Assembly: GCA_013416795.1 (NCBI GenBank)
Contig: RQSC01001197.1
Location: 1 to 5,588 of the forward strand
Direction: 5' to 3'
Source of the DNA: Prasinococcaceae sp. CCMP 1430
Lineage: Eukaryota; Plantae; Prasinodermophyta
DNA length: 5,588 nt
This document shows positions 1 to 5,344 of this stretch, piece by piece (the stretch's first letter is position 1; the number at the start of each line of letters is the position of its first letter). Position numbers and translations under genes: made by a program. The notes beneath the pieces were generated by a model. That model saw nothing but the letters and a program-made list of their open reading frames with translations, was not told where the DNA came from and searched no databases.

Positions 1-81
1 CGCGACGGGCGCCTTGATGTCCAGGTCTATATCGCTGTACGTGGAGCGGGCGTCGTCGTCCGCGCACGCGTCGTCCATCAT
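1..81 (-). CDS. Hypothetical protein, 5' part only (runs off the left edge): (M)MDDACADDDARSTYSDIDLDIKAPVA...
   Basis: Manual translation: ATGATG at 81-76 on the minus strand overlaps the TGA (80-78) of the upstream gene. The frame is open to position 1, with GC-rich third positions and an acidic N-terminus. Not in the ORF track because it is truncated. Confidence 0.6.
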   Translation of the reverse strand, partial: MMDDACADDDARSTYSDIDLDIKAPVA

Positions 82-833
82 TGTCCCGATGGTATCAGCT
101 TGTCCTGGCGCACCCCGCTGTTAAGGATGCACCCCTTTGTATTCGGGTGAAACACGAGCGAGCGCCCGTTCCCGCTGATCACTCTCAAGAACCTCGCGTG
201 GGGTGACTCTTCGACGTCCACTCCCTGTGTGCGCAGATACTGGACGATGCACCAGACGTACTGGCGGATGCCCGCCGCAGCGTAAAAGTCCCTCTCTGGC
301 CCCAACAGCCGCGTGATGATGTCCGTGACGTCCGCGTTGTCCTCGGACGAAACCCAGGATCCGAATGACGCGGACAGGACGGAGAGTTTTGTGACGGCGC
401 GTGTCTCGCTCGAGTCTGCTATCGGTTTAGTGGGCGGGAACGCGACGGGTGTCGAGTCGGCCAGGGAGTACGTGACGACGTACTCGCCACCGCGGTGCGC
501 GTACGTGACGGCGATGGAGATGGGCCCCCCCTCCGCCTCGGTGACGCTGTCCAGGTTCATCAACTGTGCCAACTCGTCCCCCGGCGTGCACATGGCGCCT
601 CCTCCCTTATCTAGCAGCTCGCAGAATTCGGACGTGACGTGGACCCATGTCTTGTCGCTGCACGCCACCACTTCGTCCACTTCGTACTCCTGCTCATCGC
701 CTTCTAGCTCCGTGGCCACGACCCGGTTGAACCTGCGAAACGCCAACCGGACGGTGCCGACGAGGAAGAGGAGGTACCATGCGATGGTCCGCAGCACGCA
801 CGTGAAGGCGATCACAAGGGGAGGGTTCGTCAT
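78..833 (-). CDS. Hypothetical protein with N-terminal transmembrane anchor, resembling a conserved giant-virus hypothetical family
   Basis: 251 aa from ATG at 833 (the track starts at GTG 839). Hydrophobic N-terminus PLVIAFTCVLRTIAWYLLFLVGTV followed by basic RLAFRRFNR. The motifs ISIAVTY..GGEY...FPP and LSASF...DVTDIITRLLGPERDFY resemble, from memory, a phycodnavirus/mimivirus hypothetical family (possibly DUF5772; unverified). Confidence 0.8.
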   Translation of the reverse strand: MTNPPLVIAFTCVLRTIAWYLLFLVGTVRLAFRRFNRVVATELEGDEQEYEVDEVVACSDKTWVHVTSEFCELLDKGGGAMCTPGDELAQLMNLDSVTEAEGGPISIAVTYAHRGGEYVVTYSLADSTPVAFPPTKPIADSSETRAVTKLSVLSASFGSWVSSEDNADVTDIITRLLGPERDFYAAAGIRQYVWCIVQYLRTQGVDVEESPHARFLRVISGNGRSLVFHPNTKGCILNSGVRQDKLIPSGQ

Positions 834-1072
834 TCCCACGCGTCCGTTGTATTATCGTTGAGAGCAATTTTAAGCTCGCCAGAACGCACCTTGGCGTTGT
901 CCGTTATGAAGGTGCCCTCCACGTATTGTCTATACTTCTCGGACAGCGCCTCGCCGCGTTCGTCCAGCTTTTTTATCGCCGAAGGTTTCAATGCAAGAGG
1001 CTCGGTCAGCGTCTTCGTGGTTGATTTCACACTTGAGACGGCTAGCATGTCATCATACCACCCCCCGGCCAT
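830..1072 (-). CDS. Small hypothetical protein (80 aa from ATG 1072; alternative ATG at 1048 gives 72 aa)
   Basis: Protein-like K/E-rich helical sequence (AIKKLDERGEALSEKYRQYVEG) with mostly G/C third codon positions. Its TGA (832-830) overlaps the ATG (833-831) of the next gene. Confidence 0.6.
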   Translation of the reverse strand: MAGGWYDDMLAVSSVKSTTKTLTEPLALKPSAIKKLDERGEALSEKYRQYVEGTFITDNAKVRSGELKIALNDNTTDAWE

Positions 1073-1842
1073 GTGTGACAGTCCCCTACGAGTACCACCA
1101 GACAAATGTTTCCTGCACGAAACGCATCGACGAGTACGCCATGCTGTCTACGGGTCTGTACGGCCCGAACGAGGGGAGAGATCTGTCCAGGTGGCGCAGA
1201 AGGTGCTGCATCCGGTGGACGAACAACAACGAGGCGGTGATGTACGAGTGCCCGTTTGAGAACAGGCAAGTGCTCGTCGTGAGGGGCGCGGTGACTCGCG
1301 CGTGGTCCAACGCCCACGTGGAGGAGGACGCGGAACTCGCGGAGAGCGCGCAACTGGGCGCCCGCGTCCACCGCGGGTACTTGGATAGCGCCAACTCCTT
1401 TTGCGAGTACCTGCTGAGACCGGGCGTCATACACCGCGGCGAGGGGTGGTCGCTCGACATTACGGGGCACGGGATGGGCGGCGCGGTCGGCGTGGTGGTT
1501 GCGGGGCTGCTGACCCGCCACGGCGTGCGTTTGGGAGATGTGGTGACGTTCGGGCAGCCCAAGGTGACCGACGCGGACGGCGCGGCCCTCATTAGCGGCG
1601 CCGTACCGCTCACGAGGGTGGTAGGGGAGGGCGACGCGACGGTGGACCACCCCCCCGAGCCCTTTGTCCACTTTGGCGTGGTGCATCCGCTTCCCGGTTG
1701 GCGCGGGCGGGAGGACCCTCCCTGCAGCCCTCGCGCGTCTGCGCACAGGTACCTCCGCGTGTTGGTGAACAAAATCACACGTACCACTAACGAAGCGGAA
1801 GTCCATCATGAAGAGCACCCAGCGTGCCATTGTATATTTTGA
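991..1842 (+). CDS. Class 3 lipase-like alpha/beta hydrolase, probably catalytically inactive; start uncertain (ATG 991, GTG 1075 or ATG 1141)
   Basis: Lipase_3 motifs in the expected order: EYAMLSTGLY (N-terminal helix), VLVVRGA (canonical RGT/S), VHRGY, ITGHGMGGAVG (canonical GHSLGG), VTFGQPKV, RVVGEGDATVDHPP (catalytic Asp), FVHFG. Confidence 0.85.
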   Translation: MQEARSASSWLISHLRRLACHHTTPRPCVTVPYEYHQTNVSCTKRIDEYAMLSTGLYGPNEGRDLSRWRRRCCIRWTNNNEAVMYECPFENRQVLVVRGAVTRAWSNAHVEEDAELAESAQLGARVHRGYLDSANSFCEYLLRPGVIHRGEGWSLDITGHGMGGAVGVVVAGLLTRHGVRLGDVVTFGQPKVTDADGAALISGAVPLTRVVGEGDATVDHPPEPFVHFGVVHPLPGWRGREDPPCSPRASAHRYLRVLVNKITRTTNEAEVHHEEHPACHCIF

Positions 1843-2965
1843 CAACAACAGCACGACCAAGCCCCACAAGCAGGTCGCGGACACCATGGGTCAGACCGTG
1901 CTGTCGCTGTACGGCAATGCCTCCAGCAGCCACGTCACGGGCAAAGAGTCACACGCGGTGATAGAGAAGGCGCGGGCCGTTGTGGCTAAGGGGGTGGGGG
2001 CGGACGCGGAGGACGTGGTGTTCACGGGCGGGGCCACGGAGTCCAACAACCTGATCCTTCACAGCGTCCTTGAGAGCGCGCATTGGAAGGGGGTGGTGCT
2101 GACCACCAAGATCGAGCACCCCAGCATAATCCAGCCACTCCTGCACATCCGCAAGGTCAGCAGGGGCGCGGTGAAGGTGGTGCAGCTGCCTGTGGACCGC
2201 GAGGGGTTTCTGAAGATGGACAGCCTCGAGGCGGCCGTGCGCAAGTGGAGGGGGCGGATCAAGCTGTGCGCCATCATATACGCCAACAACGAGATAGGCA
2301 CGATCCAAAACTTCGCCGCCATCCGCCGCGCTGTCGGCAAGGACGTGCACATCCACGCGGACACGACGCAGGTGGCGGGCAAGTCGCCCATCGAGGGCAG
2401 GCGGTACATGGACAGCTTCACCGTGTCCGGCCACAAGATTCACGGTGTCAAGGGCATCGGCGCGCTCGTGGTGAGGGGGGGGATAGGCGACGTTAAGCCC
2501 ATGATGTTTGGCGGGGGGCAGGAGCACGGGGTGCGGCCGGGGACGGAGAGCCCTCCTCTGATCGCCAGTTTGGCGCAGGCGGTGAGCATGAACACGGCGC
2601 GTGAGGGGCGCAGGGATTGGAAGCGGGTGGTGGCGCTGACGCAGGCGACTAGGGAGGGGCTGGAGCGCATGGGCGCCGTGTTCAACGGGCCGAGCGACCC
2701 GCAGCACAGGATGGGCAACCTGATAAGCTTTGCCATCCCGGGGACGGACGGCAGGAGTCTGGTCAAGCACCTGTCCAAACACGGCATATGCGCCAACGTG
2801 GGCAGCGCGTGCTCCAAGGCGAAGAGGAGCCGCGTGTTGCAGGCCATAGGCGTGCCCGAGGAGATTGAGAAGGGAACGGTCAGGATAGGCTTGAGCGTGT
2901 ACACCACGCACGCGGATGTGGATTACTTGTTGCGATGCTTACAAGGTTTGTTAACAAAATCTTGA
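1808..2965 (+). CDS. nifS: PLP-dependent cysteine desulfurase, NifS/IscS (group I) type
   Basis: 385 aa with all hallmark motifs: YFDNNSTT, GNASS, FTGGATESNN, EHPS, ANNEIGTIQ, HADTTQ, SGHKIHGVKGIG (PLP lysine K210, 2435-2437), GGGQE..RPGTE, and GSACS (catalytic C335, 2810-2812). Confidence 0.96.
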   Translation: MKSTQRAIVYFDNNSTTKPHKQVADTMGQTVLSLYGNASSSHVTGKESHAVIEKARAVVAKGVGADAEDVVFTGGATESNNLILHSVLESAHWKGVVLTTKIEHPSIIQPLLHIRKVSRGAVKVVQLPVDREGFLKMDSLEAAVRKWRGRIKLCAIIYANNEIGTIQNFAAIRRAVGKDVHIHADTTQVAGKSPIEGRRYMDSFTVSGHKIHGVKGIGALVVRGGIGDVKPMMFGGGQEHGVRPGTESPPLIASLAQAVSMNTAREGRRDWKRVVALTQATREGLERMGAVFNGPSDPQHRMGNLISFAIPGTDGRSLVKHLSKHGICANVGSACSKAKRSRVLQAIGVPEEIEKGTVRIGLSVYTTHADVDYLLRCLQGLLTKS

Positions 2966-2978
2966 TTTATTAATAAAT
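2942..2978. terminator. Two adjacent AT-rich palindromes at the nifS 3' end; putative transcript 3'-end hairpin signal
   Basis: Perfect palindromes TTTGTTAACAAA (2947-2958, extendable by CAAG 2942-2945 / CTTG 2961-2964) and ATTTATTAATAAAT (2965-2978). The second contains AATAAA on both strands. Confidence 0.55.
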
Positions 2979-2985
2979 ACAACAC

Positions 2986-3510
2986 ATGTGCATCATATGC
3001 GAGGTGGGTACCGTGCGCTATGGCGCGGGGAAGGAGCTGTGCCGCCCATGCAAAGACAGACTCGGGCACGTGACGTGCGCGGGCCACGTGAGGTATTTCA
3101 CGGACGCGTGCAAGGAGTGCGGGCTGCACCCTCACGCGGCGGGCGACATGATGCGTGACTACTTGTCTCGCTGGTGTCGCCGCGCGGACGATCTGGTGCG
3201 ATTCACGTCCGCCGTCGTGTACTGCGACAACTCGGAGGCCGTTACCGCGATACTGAACAATTACAGCGAGAGGGGGCTGTACGCCGACGCGGTGGGTCAC
3301 ATCCCGTTCGCGCACGTGCTGTTGCGCGCCGGCAACGCCTTCAAGAGGGCATCCCTGAATCGCGCGCTGGGTGAAATGCTGGCCATGCCCCGCCCCGCCC
3401 CGCCGACACTGGTCCTGCGCTGTTATTGGGGCCTGTCCACACGGGACATGGCCGCGTTGAGACGGGCGGGGGTGCACGAGGCGGGCGTGGTCAGCCGAAG
3501 AACTTCCTGA
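2986..3510 (+). CDS. Zinc-finger-containing hypothetical protein (174 aa)
   Basis: ATG follows a 20-nt AT-rich spacer. N-terminal C-x2-C-x13-C-x2-C-x8-C-x2-H-x7-C-x2-C pattern, then a helical C-terminal part. GC-rich third positions. Confidence 0.8.
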   Translation: MCIICEVGTVRYGAGKELCRPCKDRLGHVTCAGHVRYFTDACKECGLHPHAAGDMMRDYLSRWCRRADDLVRFTSAVVYCDNSEAVTAILNNYSERGLYADAVGHIPFAHVLLRAGNAFKRASLNRALGEMLAMPRPAPPTLVLRCYWGLSTRDMAALRRAGVHEAGVVSRRTS

Positions 3511-4021
3511 TGTCGTGCGTGTTCAGTTTCCGCATCTCCTTGCGCCTCTTCTCCTCCCGCACGGCCTCCTTCGCCTCCTCCTGCTGCCTCCTCTTCCGGT
3601 TTAGGGATTCCTCCATCAGCATCCTCTTTTGGCGGTGGTACTCCTCCTCGGCCGCCTTGCTCGCCTCTCTCTCCGCCCTCCTGGTCATCCACGCGTCGAA
3701 CGCCTCGTCCTGTATCCGGAAGAGATCGTCCATGTCCACCCCCAGCTCGGGTGGCACGCGCTCCTTCACCCTCTCCCTCGTGGCCATCACGAGCCCCTCC
3801 ACGGACGTGCCGTGGAAATGCTGTCTCAGCGTCAGGTACCTCCGCCTTATGTCCATCGGCTCCGGTGGCGGGTGCTTCAGGATGCACCGTATGCGTTTGA
3901 AGCGGTCGTAGCACCCCTCCGCGATGTCCAGACACCCTTCCATGAGACACTCCATCAGCTGGGCGCGGTCGCCCTCACTCACGGCGCCCGCCTGTTCCAT
4001 CGCGGACTCGGCGCTGCCCAT
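3491..4021 (-). CDS. Hypothetical coiled-coil protein (176 aa) with MGxxxS N-terminus and PIP-like C-terminus
   Basis: The start is reassigned to ATG 4021 (MGSAES...), directly after the AT-rich spacer. The track's extension to 4258 overlaps the divergent gene and is low-complexity R/S/P-rich. The C-terminal half is an E/R/K-rich helix ending THDIRKFFG. Confidence 0.8.
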   Translation of the reverse strand: MGSAESAMEQAGAVSEGDRAQLMECLMEGCLDIAEGCYDRFKRIRCILKHPPPEPMDIRRRYLTLRQHFHGTSVEGLVMATRERVKERVPPELGVDMDDLFRIQDEAFDAWMTRRAEREASKAAEEEYHRQKRMLMEESLNRKRRQQEEAKEAVREEKRRKEMRKLNTHDIRKFFG

Positions 4022-4059
4022 GCCGGATAAATAATATTGGAGGCTGTGATTATAAAGGG
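4022..4059. promoter_or_regulatory. 38-bp divergent intergenic spacer, probable bidirectional promoter
   Basis: AT-rich island (GATAAATAATATT; TATAAA at 4051-4056) between head-to-head ATGs at 4021(-) and 4060(+) in a GC-rich background. Confidence 0.55.
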
Positions 4060-5310
4060 ATGTCGATTGTGCCAAACAGGCGTCACTGCAAGCGGCTCGC
4101 CGGCGACCCGGACAACCACTGTCTGTGGAGCAAGTCCGGATGCGGACGGGACAGCCCGTGGGTGGAGTTCCTGATCCTGCACGGGGCGAACGGGACGAAC
4201 GAGCTGCGAGGGAGGAGTGCCGCCGGTAAGCGCGCGCTGTACGCAAAGTACAAGGCAAAGATGGAGCGCTGCAAGGACGCGCAGGCGAGGGGGGCGCATT
4301 TCGACAGAGAGATCCGTCCGGATATCTGCTCGTGGATCGCTGACGTGGAGACGCCGCCGCGCCCGTCCGACTGGAGGTGGAGAAAAGTGTTCGCGGAGAT
4401 CCGCAAGAAGAAGATCCTTGACGAGGACTTCGACCCGGACCGCATGACGGCCGATATCGTGTATAGGGTGACGCAGGTGATCAACACCCACATCTACAAC
4501 GGTTCGATCGACGTGGACGACATCTCCTTTATAGTAGAACACAAACGTTTCGAATCGCGTCGTGTGGCCATGGGGAGCGCGGTTGATTACAAGGAGATCC
4601 AATATTTCTCCCCCGTGTTCTTCGACACCAGAATGTACTTTAAGCACGGGTACGTGGTGCGGGTGGACGACGTGGTCACCACCAACCTGCTGGAATTTTT
4701 CGTCCACTCTTTAGCACACGAGTTGATGCATTTGGTCGCCGATCACGTGTGCAGCATAGGCAAAGATCTCGGGAGCGTGAACGGGGGTCATCACGACACA
4801 TTCTTGGCGTTGAACAACCGGTTGAACGGCCACTCGGACAAGAAGTATTGTTACGGGTCCGCCGCCGTTCAGTCGACCGACGACAGAGACACGTTCGCGA
4901 GGAAGTTGAAAAGTTTCGACGGGTCCATGCGGTTTTATACCGAAAACTTGATAAGAATCGCGAGGGACGTCAGCACGGTAAATCGTCAAGCGCGCAAGTG
5001 GAATGAGTTGCTAGAAAAGAGAGGGGGTGATGTCACGGAAACGGAGAGTGAGGATCGCCGCCTGGCCCAAAAGTTTGAGAAGAATGTGATCGCGGAAATG
5101 CGTCATTCCATTTCGGCGCGAACAAATATACTGAAAACGATGCAATTTTACATGACCTCCTCGAGGCTACACTACCGCAGGGATCCAGACATTTCGGCCA
5201 TGAGGAGACGATTCAGCCTCATGACCAACAAGTTTGGGTACCAGCTCGAGGAATTGAAGGGGTTGCTGGCCATGTTGACCGGTGACGCGGTCGTAAAAAA
5301 GGAGACCTAG
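4060..5310 (+). CDS. SprT-like zincin metalloprotease domain protein (416 aa)
   Basis: LAHELMHLV (H220-E221-x-x-H224, 4717-4731) followed about 20 aa later by GGHHDTFLALNNRLNG (third Zn ligand; SprT-type H..F helix). The upstream VINTHIYNGSI resembles the SprT N-terminal 'n..F.g.l' motif. Cys/Trp-containing N-terminal extension and helical C-terminal extension. Confidence 0.8.
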   Translation: MSIVPNRRHCKRLAGDPDNHCLWSKSGCGRDSPWVEFLILHGANGTNELRGRSAAGKRALYAKYKAKMERCKDAQARGAHFDREIRPDICSWIADVETPPRPSDWRWRKVFAEIRKKKILDEDFDPDRMTADIVYRVTQVINTHIYNGSIDVDDISFIVEHKRFESRRVAMGSAVDYKEIQYFSPVFFDTRMYFKHGYVVRVDDVVTTNLLEFFVHSLAHELMHLVADHVCSIGKDLGSVNGGHHDTFLALNNRLNGHSDKKYCYGSAAVQSTDDRDTFARKLKSFDGSMRFYTENLIRIARDVSTVNRQARKWNELLEKRGGDVTETESEDRRLAQKFEKNVIAEMRHSISARTNILKTMQFYMTSSRLHYRRDPDISAMRRRFSLMTNKFGYQLEELKGLLAMLTGDAVVKKET

Positions 5311-5329
5311 TTCACGCCCCGTTTTTTAT
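5294..5329 (+). terminator. Imperfect hairpin / T-tract across the SprT-like gene stop
   Basis: TAAAAAAGG (5294-5302) can pair with CC(G)TTTTTTA (5319-5328), enclosing the TAG at 5308-5310. TTTTTAT (5323-5329) also fits the TTTTTNT poxvirus early termination pattern. Confidence 0.35.
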
Positions 5330-5344
5330 CTCTCATTGTCTGTG

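Noticed and set aside
834-838. TGGGA as a calicivirus-type TURBS reinitiation motif
   Set aside because: It lies immediately next to the stop/start rather than tens of nucleotides upstream as in characterised TURBS, and a 5-mer is expected by chance.
313-861. 182-aa plus-strand ORF
   Set aside because: Ser/Thr-rich antisense shadow of the 78-833 gene, typical of GC-rich DNA; no motifs.
991-1842. Calling the lipase-like gene a pseudogene
   Set aside because: The reading frame is intact with no stops or frameshifts and structural motifs are preserved; only catalytic residues are altered.
858-1887. ORFs 858-1259(+), 1042-1887(-), 1086-1787(-) and 1401-1595(+)
   Set aside because: They overlap the motif-supported lipase-like gene in other frames or strands and have R/H/P/S-biased shadow composition.
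1949-2911. ORFs 1949-2911(-), 2059-2436(-), 2083-2496(+) and 2440-2907(-)
   Set aside because: Entirely within the unambiguous cysteine desulfurase; shadow frames.
1808-2965. Calling the desulfurase DndA, SufS/CsdA or selenocysteine lyase
   Set aside because: GSACS is the group I signature, not the group II RxGHHCA. No dnd or selenium-related genes in the window support a more specific call.
3535-3685. Pyrimidine-rich CTC/CCT quasi-repeats
   Set aside because: Explained by GAG/AGG/AAG codons of the E/R/K helix on the minus strand; not a tandem repeat or CRISPR array.
2923-4030. ORFs 2923-3477(-), 3174-3374(+), 3423-3950(-), 3426-3911(+) and 3629-4030(+)
   Set aside because: Alternative frames of the zinc-finger and coiled-coil genes with low-complexity G/R or S/L translations.
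4039-4043. GGAGG as a Shine-Dalgarno site for ATG 4060
   Set aside because: 16 nt from the start codon, too far, and the other genes lack SD motifs.
4022-4258. N-terminal 79-aa extension of the 3491-4258 ORF in the track
   Set aside because: It crosses the AT-rich spacer and overlaps the protease gene antisense; ATG 4021 is the more plausible start.
3979-5006. ORFs 3979-4707(-), 4083-4493(-), 4217-4447(+), 4711-4989(-) and 4749-5006(+)
   Set aside because: Shadows of the HExxH protease gene.
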